The notes beneath the pieces were generated by a model. It searched no databases and was not told the DNA's origin. It saw nothing but the letters and a program-made list of their open reading frames with translations. The position numbers and the translations under genes were made by a program. A stretch of DNA of 63,807 nt, the filler included, from Folioceros fuciformis (taxonomy: Eukaryota), in NCBI GenBank assembly GCA_049999805.1. It is 34 parts of 34 records of this genome, joined end to end, with 100 filler letters (N's around TTAATTAATTAA, not from the genome) between each part and the next. Parts side by side here need not be neighbours in the genome. Positions count along the whole stretch, not along the records: positions 1 to 1,818 come from JBNGIO010004308.1; positions 1,919 to 3,750 come from JBNGIO010004309.1; positions 3,851 to 5,042 come from JBNGIO010004310.1; positions 5,143 to 6,990 come from JBNGIO010004311.1; positions 7,091 to 8,734 come from JBNGIO010004312.1; positions 8,835 to 10,424 come from JBNGIO010004313.1; positions 10,525 to 12,126 come from JBNGIO010004314.1; positions 12,227 to 14,114 come from JBNGIO010004315.1; 26 more parts are not named here. The stretch is one strand, 5' to 3'. This document shows, in pieces, positions 1 to 13,165 of this stretch (the stretch's first letter is position 1; each line of letters opens with the position of its first letter).

Positions 1-744
1 GCTCCTATAGTGGACAGAGAGTGGTCCAAAATTCCCTCCTTTCAAAGAGAATTAAACTTTGAGACACACAAGGTACATACATCTGAAGCATATGGGCGAT
101 TGTTATTTCAAAAGTTTATCTTTCTAACAATCAGCATTGGAATACACAGATGCTTAGCATCCGCATATGAGGCCTAATCATTTCCTCCTTTCTCAAGAGG
201 TAATGTTTTGATTCCACTAAACTTTGAATTTGCATGTGTACTGTAAGTGAATAACAATCAGGAGCAATATTATGTGACTCATGGCACCCGGTGGCGGATA
301 GCAACTCCCTTTGAGTACCAAAGTCGAGATGTAGAAGAGATAGTGCAAGAACTTTTGCCAAACATCTTGTCTCGCGCTCACTTGCAGATGACACAACATC
401 CTAGCCAAGCTTTCATCACCAGTTTCTCAAAGCACCAAGTGGGTCTGGCGTGCCAATCTCCTTCAGGAAATCCACTCTTAAGGATCACATATGAAATTGA
501 AAGAAGTGAAACTTGCCCTGTGGAAAGCATGAGAATCAAAGGTGCTCTAATATTCAAATCGGATGTTGAGGAGAAATCAACAACTCGAAAACATGGTAAG
601 TCTAAAGACAAGAAAGAGCAGCAAACCAAGGAAGAAGACTTGATTGAATTTTTGGAATTAGATAAACACACTGAAATTGAGGAATTTTGGATGTTTGAGG
701 AAGATATCCCTGAAGCTGTAAAGAGAAAAAAGCCTTGTACTTGA
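1..744 (+). CDS. 3' part of an unidentified spliced eukaryotic gene (exons <1-72 and 262-744); duplicate at 915-1658
   Basis: Open frame 1-72 ends AAG|GTACAT and the acceptor CAG|GAG at 261/262 is in phase. The 160-codon last exon ends in an acidic/basic tail (KRKK) and is followed by an AT-rich 3' UTR-like stretch. Confidence 0.45.
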
Positions 745-1818
745 ATATTTATTTTGTTACATATTCATTAAATTGTAATGTATTTAGTTATATTTTCTTG
801 TACTTTAATCTTTCGTTCACTTTTTATTTATTTATTTATTTGTTGTCGGATGTTATTGAAGCCACGATGCATATACTACAACATCTTTGTGTATTGTGTA
901 CTTGNNNNNNNNNNGCTCCTATAGTGGACAGAGAGTGGTCCAAAATTCCCTCCTTTCAAAGAGAATTAAACTTTGAGACACACAAGGTACATACATCTGA
1001 AGCATATGGGCGATTGTTATTTCAAAAGTTTATCTTTCTAACAATCAGCATTGGAATACACAGATGCTTAGCATCCGCATATGAGGCCTAATCATTTCCT
1101 CCTTTCTCAAGAGGTAATGTTTTGATTCCACTAAACTTTGAATTTGCATGTGTACTGTAAGTGAATAACAATCAGGAGCAATATTATGTGACTCATGGCA
1201 CCCGGTGGCGGATAGCAACTCCCTTTGAGTACCAAAGTCGAGATGTAGAAGAGATAGTGCAAGAACTTTTGCCAAACATCTTGTCTCGCGCTCACTTGCA
1301 GATGACACAACATCCTAGCCAAGCTTTCATCACCAGTTTCTCAAAGCACCAAGTGGGTCTGGCGTGCCAATCTCCTTCAGGAAATCCACTCTTAAGGATC
1401 ACATATGAAATTGAAAGAAGTGAAACTTGCCCTGTGGAAAGCATGAGAATCAAAGGTGCTCTAATATTCAAATCGGATGTTGAGGAGAAATCAACAACTC
1501 GAAAACATGGTAAGTCTAAAGACAAGAAAGAGCAGCAAACCAAGGAAGAAGACTTGATTGAATTTTTGGAATTAGATAAACACACTGAAATTGAGGAATT
1601 TTGGATGTTTGAGGAAGATATCCCTGAAGCTGTAAAGAGAAAAAAGCCTTGTACTTGAATATTTATTTTGTTACATATTCATTAAATTGTAATGTATTTA
1701 GTTATATTTTCTTGTACTTTAATCTTTCGTTCACTTTTTATTTATTTATTTATTTGTTGTCGGATGTTATTGAAGCCACGATGCATATACTACAACATCT
1801 TTGTGTATTGTGTACTTG

Positions 1819-1918
1819 NNNNNNNNNNNNNNNNNNNNNNNNNNNNNNNNNNNNNNNNNNNNTTAATTAATTAANNNNNNNNNNNNNNNNNNNNNNNNNN
1901 NNNNNNNNNNNNNNNNNN
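1819..1918. other. Artificial scaffold-joining linker N44-TTAATTAATTAA-N44 (first of 33; last core at 54875-54886)
   Basis: Invariant 100-bp linker; the palindromic 12-mer places TAA in all six frames. Confidence 0.98.
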
Positions 1919-4900
1919 CTGACACATGTCCTAAATTTTGTTCGAAGACGGTGGTGGGGATACCTGCGCATGTTGCAGAGAGAACTGCAACGAAGGGATT
2001 TACGTGTAAATCTCCGGTTTATGGCTGAACAGCAGTTCTTTGTCCTTGTTTTTCTTGCAATTTGTCTGTCCAGCGTCCTGTACTCCGTAGCTTCCCTCTT
2101 TTTCGTCTCGGGCAGGGGGAGGTAAACATCTCACCCACCAGTTTTGTGCGGCTTGGAAACTTATAAATCACAGAGATGAGAGTTACGACTTACATGGTGA
2201 AGACTTGAAGAGCCTGCTTCACAAGTCACTGTACATAAAATTACCCACCTAGCGTGAGTGACCCAAGTGTAAATGAAAGCGGGATATGGATACGAGGCTG
2301 AGATATTTCTTTCGGCCTGCAATTGAGACAAATCGGGATTCGTTAGCTTAGCTATCTGGTTATGTTGCCAAGGAGAATGGGCAACCGGGGAAGGTTATCT
2401 AGAGAAGTTTACCATGTATCTGAAGATCTTAACTTGGAGGAAATAGTTCCATACCAACTATTCAGATAGACCTTGGTCATTTCAAGTGCTAACTACAAAG
2501 TCTATGTGGTTTGTCAGAACTCCAAGCAAGGAGTTAATAAACTGATATTCTTTTAATCCAAGGACTTTGATTGAAAGTACTAAGCTACCTATCATGTTAT
2601 TCAAGATGTAATCTGATTCAAATATCTTTCGAGTATGTGGGTTATTTTTTGAGATGTTCCATATGATCTTAGAATAATTTTCATGCAAACCTCCTTACTC
2701 TAGAAAGAATATAAAATTAAGGCATTACACCAAGTCTTTAGCACACAAGAACCCTAAACAAAAAAATGTCGAATTATTCACAAGACATTGGTTTGGTAGT
2801 TTGGTAGATGATCTAACGCTCTTGTATGGNNNNNNNNNNCTGACACATGTCCTAAATTTTGTTCGAAGACGGTGGTGGGGATACCTGCGCATGTTGCAGA
2901 GAGAACTGCAACGAAGGGATTTACGTGTAAATCTCCGGTTTATGGCTGAACAGCAGTTCTTTGTCCTTGTTTTTCTTGCAATTTGTCTGTCCAGCGTCCT
3001 GTACTCCGTAGCTTCCCTCTTTTTCGTCTCGGGCAGGGGGAGGTAAACATCTCACCCACCAGTTTTGTGCGGCTTGGAAACTTATAAATCACAGAGATGA
3101 GAGTTACGACTTACATGGTGAAGACTTGAAGAGCCTGCTTCACAAGTCACTGTACATAAAATTACCCACCTAGCGTGAGTGACCCAAGTGTAAATGAAAG
3201 CGGGATATGGATACGAGGCTGAGATATTTCTTTCGGCCTGCAATTGAGACAAATCGGGATTCGTTAGCTTAGCTATCTGGTTATGTTGCCAAGGAGAATG
3301 GGCAACCGGGGAAGGTTATCTAGAGAAGTTTACCATGTATCTGAAGATCTTAACTTGGAGGAAATAGTTCCATACCAACTATTCAGATAGACCTTGGTCA
3401 TTTCAAGTGCTAACTACAAAGTCTATGTGGTTTGTCAGAACTCCAAGCAAGGAGTTAATAAACTGATATTCTTTTAATCCAAGGACTTTGATTGAAAGTA
3501 CTAAGCTACCTATCATGTTATTCAAGATGTAATCTGATTCAAATATCTTTCGAGTATGTGGGTTATTTTTTGAGATGTTCCATATGATCTTAGAATAATT
3601 TTCATGCAAACCTCCTTACTCTAGAAAGAATATAAAATTAAGGCATTACACCAAGTCTTTAGCACACAAGAACCCTAAACAAAAAAATGTCGAATTATTC
3701 ACAAGACATTGGTTTGGTAGTTTGGTAGATGATCTAACGCTCTTGTATGGNNNNNNNNNNNNNNNNNNNNNNNNNNNNNNNNNNNNNNNNNNNNTTAATT
3801 AATTAANNNNNNNNNNNNNNNNNNNNNNNNNNNNNNNNNNNNNNNNNNNNAGGTGTAGGGGGTTGCGGGGGAGTAAATATTGGGGATAGAAGTCCTTTGG
3901 CTAGAGCCAAGAATTGGAGAAGAATTTGAAAAGGAAAATCCTGTGCTTTTATTGTGTTTCATGTTTTGGTGACAAGGCGCCTGTTGAGATTTGCTGTGAT
4001 ATATGATGTCAGCTTCTGAATTGCTTGGTTCTCCAAATAATACACCATCTGGAAAGACGTGGGTGAGAACGAATCAATTGATCTAATTTCCTATCCCGTC
4101 CCAATACCATGTACAGACCCGAGAGGGCCGACACTAGGCCCACCAAGCCACCAACAAACTCCCCCAGCAAGCAAACAGAGGCCTGCTCCCGTCTAGATGT
4201 TGAATAAGCCAAATCATGTAGATGCCCAGGCAACAAATGCATTCGGGTAGCGGTCGTCACGGCCGATCGAGATTCGAGCAAGAGGACGCAATCAACCTTT
4301 AGTTCGTCCCGTCATGTCAACCTCATACCCAACACTTAGGCGGCGGTCGCCTGCTGCTGGGACTGACCTTGCAGATACTTGTATGCACCAAAAGCANNNN
4401 NNNNNNNNNNNNNNNNNNNNNNNNNNNNNNNNNNNNNNNNNNNNNNNNNNNNNNNNNNNNNNNNNNNNNNNNNNNNNNNNNNNNNNNNNNNNNNNNAGGT
4501 GTAGGGGGTTGCGGGGGAGTAAATATTGGGGATAGAAGTCCTTTGGCTAGAGCCAAGAATTGGAGAAGAATTTGAAAAGGAAAATCCTGTGCTTTTATTG
4601 TGTTTCATGTTTTGGTGACAAGGCGCCTGTTGAGATTTGCTGTGATATATGATGTCAGCTTCTGAATTGCTTGGTTCTCCAAATAATACACCATCTGGAA
4701 AGACGTGGGTGAGAACGAATCAATTGATCTAATTTCCTATCCCGTCCCAATACCATGTACAGACCCGAGAGGGCCGACACTAGGCCCACCAAGCCACCAA
4801 CAAACTCCCCCAGCAAGCAAACAGAGGCCTGCTCCCGTCTAGATGTTGAATAAGCCAAATCATGTAGATGCCCAGGCAACAAATGCATTCGGGTAGCGGT

Positions 4901-5160
4901 CGTCACGGCCGATCGAGATTCGAGCAAGAGGACGCAATCAACCTTTAGTTCGTCCCGTCATGTCAACCTCATACCCAACACTTAGGCGGCGGTCGCCTGC
5001 TGCTGGGACTGACCTTGCAGATACTTGTATGCACCAAAAGCANNNNNNNNNNNNNNNNNNNNNNNNNNNNNNNNNNNNNNNNNNNNTTAATTAATTAANN
5101 NNNNNNNNNNNNNNNNNNNNNNNNNNNNNNNNNNNNNNNNNNAGGATGGAGAGTGCTCTT

Positions 5161-5416
5161 CTTAGCTTTATAGTTTCTAAATAGCTACTTGGTTGATTGA
5201 CTAACTCTTTGAATAATAATCTACCTTAGCTTCACGAACTCTCTAAATAACTGTTGGGTTGATTGATGAACTCTTTGAATAATAATCTACCTTAGCTTTA
5301 TGGACTCTCTAAATAGCTACTTGGTTGATTGACTAACTCTTTAAATAATAAACTACCTTAGCTTCACCAACTCCCTAAATAGCTACTGGGTTGATTGACA
5401 AACTCTTTGAATAATA
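5161..5416. repeat. 66-bp minisatellite, about 4 copies; duplicate at 6090-6345
   Basis: CTCTTT(G/A)AATAATA recurs at 5205, 5271, 5337 and 5403. Confidence 0.85.
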
Positions 5417-5624
5417 GGTAACTTACGCCTTGAAGTAATACTACTATACATCCCGACAACTTGCACAACATAGACATATGTTACATGGCAACGATTAGAC
5501 CACAATAGCAGCCATGAAGATCCCTATGATATTGTGCAATGATCAGACCTCTTTAAACTCAAGACCCAATTCTTCCTAATTCCCTCTCACATCAAATTCT
5601 ACCTTATACTACCTGTATTCTATC

Positions 5625-5989
5625 TTAACATTGTCTAACCCAGACGGTCGTATTCCACCATTTCGGGCTTCACGATCTTTTGATGCTTAAAAATCGTGTC
5701 AGATATCCAAATTTTCCTATGTTTCGGTCTAGAGAACCCGAAATATGGCGAAAAAAAGTGCTCATTATAAATGTAATCATCAATTGGTTCTAAAATACTA
5801 GCAAATTTGCGGGTATTATTGCAAACAAATACATGACAAAACCCAGTAATATGGCAGGCACTACGTAATTCACGTGTTATCGGATTCCATGTAAGGTCAT
5901 AGGTGTTTGAGCGATACCTCACAGTAGGTGACCCTATTTCTCATAATTATCAATTGTAGATATCTACAACCCTTTTTCAGAAACAGTGG
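5625..5989 (-). repeat. Dispersed repeat, homologous to the insertion at about 55285-55660; duplicate at 6554-6918
   Basis: Reverse complement aligns colinearly with 55285-55660, with shared blocks such as GAGGTATCGCTCAAACACCT, TTACATGGAATCCGATAACACGTGAATTACGT and ACCCGCAAATTTGCTAGTA. Confidence 0.85.
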
Positions 5990-7090
5990 CGAAATAGAAC
6001 GCATGTAACATGGCGCGGAACAAGCGGGAGTGCGCCAGTTGACCGGTGCACACTGCCACAGNNNNNNNNNNAGGATGGAGAGTGCTCTTCTTAGCTTTAT
6101 AGTTTCTAAATAGCTACTTGGTTGATTGACTAACTCTTTGAATAATAATCTACCTTAGCTTCACGAACTCTCTAAATAACTGTTGGGTTGATTGATGAAC
6201 TCTTTGAATAATAATCTACCTTAGCTTTATGGACTCTCTAAATAGCTACTTGGTTGATTGACTAACTCTTTAAATAATAAACTACCTTAGCTTCACCAAC
6301 TCCCTAAATAGCTACTGGGTTGATTGACAAACTCTTTGAATAATAGGTAACTTACGCCTTGAAGTAATACTACTATACATCCCGACAACTTGCACAACAT
6401 AGACATATGTTACATGGCAACGATTAGACCACAATAGCAGCCATGAAGATCCCTATGATATTGTGCAATGATCAGACCTCTTTAAACTCAAGACCCAATT
6501 CTTCCTAATTCCCTCTCACATCAAATTCTACCTTATACTACCTGTATTCTATCTTAACATTGTCTAACCCAGACGGTCGTATTCCACCATTTCGGGCTTC
6601 ACGATCTTTTGATGCTTAAAAATCGTGTCAGATATCCAAATTTTCCTATGTTTCGGTCTAGAGAACCCGAAATATGGCGAAAAAAAGTGCTCATTATAAA
6701 TGTAATCATCAATTGGTTCTAAAATACTAGCAAATTTGCGGGTATTATTGCAAACAAATACATGACAAAACCCAGTAATATGGCAGGCACTACGTAATTC
6801 ACGTGTTATCGGATTCCATGTAAGGTCATAGGTGTTTGAGCGATACCTCACAGTAGGTGACCCTATTTCTCATAATTATCAATTGTAGATATCTACAACC
6901 CTTTTTCAGAAACAGTGGCGAAATAGAACGCATGTAACATGGCGCGGAACAAGCGGGAGTGCGCCAGTTGACCGGTGCACACTGCCACAGNNNNNNNNNN
7001 NNNNNNNNNNNNNNNNNNNNNNNNNNNNNNNNNNTTAATTAATTAANNNNNNNNNNNNNNNNNNNNNNNNNNNNNNNNNNNNNNNNNNNN

Positions 7091-7262
7091 GCTCTGGCCT
7101 GGCCTGGCCTGCCCTGGCGTGCCCTGGCCACCCTGGCCTACCCTGGCCTGTCCTGGCCTCTCCTGGCCTGCCCTGGCCTCGCCTGCCCTGCCATGCCCTG
7201 GCCTGCCCTGGCCTGCCCTGGCCTACCCTGGCCTACCCTGGCCTGCCGTGGCCTGACCTGCC
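7091..7262. repeat. Degenerate (CCTGG/CCTGC)n simple repeat; duplicate from 7918
   Basis: Directly visible 5/10-bp periodic tract. Confidence 0.85.
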
Positions 7263-8834
7263 CATTCAAAGGATGAGGAATGATCACGTGGGCCTGCGAA
7301 GTCAGCACCCAGCAGCAAGACCTACATGCACACCTACTTCCAGCCCAGACGCATTCCAATTTCCAGTTTCCACCCAATTTCCAGTCCAGCCAACACTCCT
7401 GCCTGCCTTCCCGTCAAGTCAAACGCATTCCGTTCTGACGAACGGAGCTGGAACAGCTGGTTGTTGGACCACCTACCGTTCCCGTACCGCTCCCTGTTCC
7501 GGTTCCGGTTCCACCAGTACCACCACACTCCTAGCTAAGCAGCTAATCGCACAACATTGACAATATCTAGCTATACATAATACTCACTGAAATGACTCAT
7601 GTTCTTTAAAATAATAATTATTTTATTTTAAAATCAGATACTACTTAATAGATATATTTTACTATTCATTCACGAGAGAGTAGTAAGCCCAACAAAAATC
7701 TTTTCCAACAAGATTCCACGCCATTTTTTTATTGCGTGTTTAACAAACATCACGCATACGTAAAAACAACTTGAATATTCAGTATGAAAAAACTAATCCA
7801 AATAACTTTCACACTCATATAATATTCACCCAAACATTCTTAATCACTACATTATTTTAAAACCTTACAATACTATAAAACATACAATGCACTCTTTACA
7901 TATATGTNNNNNNNNNNGCTCTGGCCTGGCCTGGCCTGCCCTGGCGTGCCCTGGCCACCCTGGCCTACCCTGGCCTGTCCTGGCCTCTCCTGGCCTGCCC
8001 TGGCCTCGCCTGCCCTGCCATGCCCTGGCCTGCCCTGGCCTGCCCTGGCCTACCCTGGCCTACCCTGGCCTGCCGTGGCCTGACCTGCCCATTCAAAGGA
8101 TGAGGAATGATCACGTGGGCCTGCGAAGTCAGCACCCAGCAGCAAGACCTACATGCACACCTACTTCCAGCCCAGACGCATTCCAATTTCCAGTTTCCAC
8201 CCAATTTCCAGTCCAGCCAACACTCCTGCCTGCCTTCCCGTCAAGTCAAACGCATTCCGTTCTGACGAACGGAGCTGGAACAGCTGGTTGTTGGACCACC
8301 TACCGTTCCCGTACCGCTCCCTGTTCCGGTTCCGGTTCCACCAGTACCACCACACTCCTAGCTAAGCAGCTAATCGCACAACATTGACAATATCTAGCTA
8401 TACATAATACTCACTGAAATGACTCATGTTCTTTAAAATAATAATTATTTTATTTTAAAATCAGATACTACTTAATAGATATATTTTACTATTCATTCAC
8501 GAGAGAGTAGTAAGCCCAACAAAAATCTTTTCCAACAAGATTCCACGCCATTTTTTTATTGCGTGTTTAACAAACATCACGCATACGTAAAAACAACTTG
8601 AATATTCAGTATGAAAAAACTAATCCAAATAACTTTCACACTCATATAATATTCACCCAAACATTCTTAATCACTACATTATTTTAAAACCTTACAATAC
8701 TATAAAACATACAATGCACTCTTTACATATATGTNNNNNNNNNNNNNNNNNNNNNNNNNNNNNNNNNNNNNNNNNNNNTTAATTAATTAANNNNNNNNNN
8801 NNNNNNNNNNNNNNNNNNNNNNNNNNNNNNNNNN

Positions 8835-9461
8835 GAGTAATAGTAATACTTTCTTAAAAAGATTTAGACCTATATATATAAATAAACTCTAGAAGTAGCT
8901 AATATTTCTAAAAATAACTCTAACTTTTTATAAATCTAGTTACTATTTTAGATTAATATACGCTTAGATTCTACTCTAGCTAGGCTTAGTTTAGATAAAC
9001 TTTAGTAATTATATAATAGTAGTAATAGAGGACTTCCTATAAATATAGACCTCTAGTTATATAGAGTATTTCTTATAATAGATAATAACGTACTATTAGA
9101 CGTTAAAACTTTTACTATTAAGTATATAAAAGTAGACTATAAAGTAAGTAACTATATTTCTTAGAACCTAAGACTAAGTAGGTAATATTATTTTAGATAA
9201 ATACTAATAAAAGCTAAATATATTATATAATTTTAAAAAGAATTAGAGATATTTCTATTTAAAATAATTATATCTTAAATAATTAGAGAAAATTATTTAG
9301 TAGTATAGAAACCTTATATTTAGTATTATTAATAAAGTAAATTATATTAATAAACTAAACTCTATATTAAAGCTATAAGCTAGTTATATATTAGATTCTA
9401 AGTCTATATAGTATAAATATTAACTTACTAATTCTAGTCTATATATATATATATATAGGTA
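8835..9461. mobile_element. RIP-degraded fungal repeat, family unresolved; duplicate from 9635
   Basis: Extremely AT-rich, CpA/TpG essentially absent, TpA abundant. Confidence 0.7.
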
Positions 9462-9624
9462 ACGTACTTCCTATATAAGCTACGTACCTAGGTAAGCTAC
9501 GCACTCTACTAAGACTATACTAAACTTTAGTAACTTGTTATAATTTATAGTAATGCCTTAATACTATAACGCGTATAGAAAATCTAATAAATCTTAAGTA
9601 TAGCTTACTATTTAAGCTTTAAAA
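9462..9624 (+). mobile_element. 5' end of a RIP-mutated Fot1/pogo-like (Tc1/mariner) DNA transposon; duplicate at 10262-10424
   Basis: TA|ACGTAC terminus with internal direct repeats TAAGCTACG(T/C)AC at 17-bp spacing (9476, 9493). The ATG at 9553 reads MPQ...SNESQVQLAIQALK after reverting transitions, like Fot1-family transposase N-termini. Confidence 0.65.
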
Positions 9625-10524
9625 NNNNNNNNNNGAGTAATAGTAATACTTTCTTAAAAAGATTTAGACCTATATATATAAATAAACTCTAGAAGTAGCT
9701 AATATTTCTAAAAATAACTCTAACTTTTTATAAATCTAGTTACTATTTTAGATTAATATACGCTTAGATTCTACTCTAGCTAGGCTTAGTTTAGATAAAC
9801 TTTAGTAATTATATAATAGTAGTAATAGAGGACTTCCTATAAATATAGACCTCTAGTTATATAGAGTATTTCTTATAATAGATAATAACGTACTATTAGA
9901 CGTTAAAACTTTTACTATTAAGTATATAAAAGTAGACTATAAAGTAAGTAACTATATTTCTTAGAACCTAAGACTAAGTAGGTAATATTATTTTAGATAA
10001 ATACTAATAAAAGCTAAATATATTATATAATTTTAAAAAGAATTAGAGATATTTCTATTTAAAATAATTATATCTTAAATAATTAGAGAAAATTATTTAG
10101 TAGTATAGAAACCTTATATTTAGTATTATTAATAAAGTAAATTATATTAATAAACTAAACTCTATATTAAAGCTATAAGCTAGTTATATATTAGATTCTA
10201 AGTCTATATAGTATAAATATTAACTTACTAATTCTAGTCTATATATATATATATATAGGTAACGTACTTCCTATATAAGCTACGTACCTAGGTAAGCTAC
10301 GCACTCTACTAAGACTATACTAAACTTTAGTAACTTGTTATAATTTATAGTAATGCCTTAATACTATAACGCGTATAGAAAATCTAATAAATCTTAAGTA
10401 TAGCTTACTATTTAAGCTTTAAAANNNNNNNNNNNNNNNNNNNNNNNNNNNNNNNNNNNNNNNNNNNNTTAATTAATTAANNNNNNNNNNNNNNNNNNNN
10501 NNNNNNNNNNNNNNNNNNNNNNNN

Positions 10525-11320
10525 GTTCTTATAGTATATTAGCTTATATTTAATAATATTCTTTAGCCTCTTATAGTATTATAATATTAAGACTTTCTTT
10601 CTTTAGTTAATTTTTACTATTAATTACTTAAATTTAGATATATATACTAAAGTAGATTTAGTTTACTTTAACTTTTATAACTTTTTCTTAGCTATTCTTT
10701 TAGAATCTACTTTTCTAAAATATTTCTTATTTTTATCTTAAAATACTAATAGCTAGAAAATATAGTAATAGTTTTTCTACTTTACTTTTCTTTACTAATA
10801 CTAAGCCTCTATTAGAGATATAGTTTAAACTAGTTTATTACTTTTTCTATTATATAAGCTACTACGTAAGATACTTTAAAGAATTCGTTATTAAGTTAGT
10901 ATATATTAATATTTAAATAGATTACTATAGTAACTAGAAAGCTATTAAGCTTACTTTTATTTCTATTAAATTTCTTAAGTTCTTCTAGTTTAATAGGTTT
11001 AGTAGCTATCTTAATTAATTACTTTTTATAGGCTTTAATTTTAGTAAGTTATATATTAATATTTTCTAAGTTTTTAATAGTTTCTTTTAGCTTTTCTATT
11101 TTTTTTATTTTCTACTCTAGATTTTTAAACTAGGCTATTAAGTTTTCTATAAATTTATAGACTTTCTTTAGTTTCTATCTTATATTCTAAATATCTAAGT
11201 TATTAATAGTAAGAGTAGTAGCTAAAGCTACTAGTTAAATATTAGATAGTTTTACTATATTAGGCTTATAAGTTTATATATAACTTAGTAGTTAATATAT
11301 TATACTAAGAGTTAGTTATA
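10525..11320 (-). mobile_element. RIP-mutated fungal Ty3/gypsy gag fragment; duplicate at 11331-12126
   Basis: Minus strand about 10994-10815 reverts by transitions to IKLEEPEKFDGDKSKLDGFL...KVSYVAA..TGKAMNWFEPYL. Confidence 0.65.
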
Positions 11321-12226
11321 NNNNNNNNNNGTTCTTATAGTATATTAGCTTATATTTAATAATATTCTTTAGCCTCTTATAGTATTATAATATTAAGACT
11401 TTCTTTCTTTAGTTAATTTTTACTATTAATTACTTAAATTTAGATATATATACTAAAGTAGATTTAGTTTACTTTAACTTTTATAACTTTTTCTTAGCTA
11501 TTCTTTTAGAATCTACTTTTCTAAAATATTTCTTATTTTTATCTTAAAATACTAATAGCTAGAAAATATAGTAATAGTTTTTCTACTTTACTTTTCTTTA
11601 CTAATACTAAGCCTCTATTAGAGATATAGTTTAAACTAGTTTATTACTTTTTCTATTATATAAGCTACTACGTAAGATACTTTAAAGAATTCGTTATTAA
11701 GTTAGTATATATTAATATTTAAATAGATTACTATAGTAACTAGAAAGCTATTAAGCTTACTTTTATTTCTATTAAATTTCTTAAGTTCTTCTAGTTTAAT
11801 AGGTTTAGTAGCTATCTTAATTAATTACTTTTTATAGGCTTTAATTTTAGTAAGTTATATATTAATATTTTCTAAGTTTTTAATAGTTTCTTTTAGCTTT
11901 TCTATTTTTTTTATTTTCTACTCTAGATTTTTAAACTAGGCTATTAAGTTTTCTATAAATTTATAGACTTTCTTTAGTTTCTATCTTATATTCTAAATAT
12001 CTAAGTTATTAATAGTAAGAGTAGTAGCTAAAGCTACTAGTTAAATATTAGATAGTTTTACTATATTAGGCTTATAAGTTTATATATAACTTAGTAGTTA
12101 ATATATTATACTAAGAGTTAGTTATANNNNNNNNNNNNNNNNNNNNNNNNNNNNNNNNNNNNNNNNNNNNTTAATTAATTAANNNNNNNNNNNNNNNNNN
12201 NNNNNNNNNNNNNNNNNNNNNNNNNN

Positions 12227-13165
12227 ATATATCTTAGTTCTATATATTTCTAGTTTAATTTTTTTTTTAGTTTTATAGACTTTATATACCTTATTAAAAT
12301 TATTACTTAATTATCTACTATAAAAAGAATTAGTAGTTATTTTTTATCTATATTTACTTTTTAATAAGTATTTACTACTTAGATTTTTCTTTTATATTTC
12401 TATTATAGGCTAATTATAGTTAAAACTACTTTATATACTAGAGGTAATTCTTCTTCTCTTAAAACTATTCTAGGCTATTCTAATCTATAGAAGTCTCTTC
12501 TATAGTTTACTTTAAATAGAGTTATTCTTATAGTTAAGTATAGGCTATTATTATATATAAATTCTATAACTAATATCTAAAGTATCTAGTTATCTTACTC
12601 TAGAGTATAATAGTATCTTAGATATTACTTAAGAGTCTAATTTTACTATTTAGTTTACTTATCTATTTATAAGTAGTAGACTAAAGATAGAACTTTTTAG
12701 AAGTTAAAGTAATACTAAAAGATATTTTAATATTTTATATTTATAAGAAGTTTTCTATTTAAAATAATTCTTTATAGAATACTATAGAGTTAAACTACTT
12801 TATAAATCTATACTTAAGCTAAGTTTAAGCTATTTTACTTAACTCTTACTAGAATATAGTAGACTATCTTAGTTAGTTAGTATACTACTACTAGTATAGA
12901 GTTATATACTATACTAGTAAACTTACTTAGTAGTAGTTTAGTAATAAAATCTATTATAATCTCTTTCTATATATATTAGAGTAGAAGTAGAGATATTAAT
13001 AGGCTATATAGTTTATACTTTACTAGAGTAGAATAATAGTACTAGATATATTTCTTATAGTATACTTTTACTTTCTTTTATATCTTTTTCTACTTATAGT
13101 AGTATTAAATCTTCTTTAATATTCTTTATACGCTAAAATAGTCTATTATTAAATTATTATAATTT
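12227..13165 (-). mobile_element. RIP-mutated fungal Ty3/gypsy integrase fragment; duplicate at 13176-14114
   Basis: Minus strand about 12780-12490 reverts by transitions to IISDRG...[26 protein letters not shown]...QDDW...AEFAYNNS.HSTTGMTPFEANYG. Confidence 0.8.

Noticed and set aside
1919..5042. Short ORFs in fragments 2 and 3
   Set aside because: No recognisable motifs or coding signal; left unannotated.
5161..5416. 66-bp repeat as a CRISPR array or coding repeat
   Set aside because: No unique spacers, no cas genes, and stops in all frames of the unit examined.
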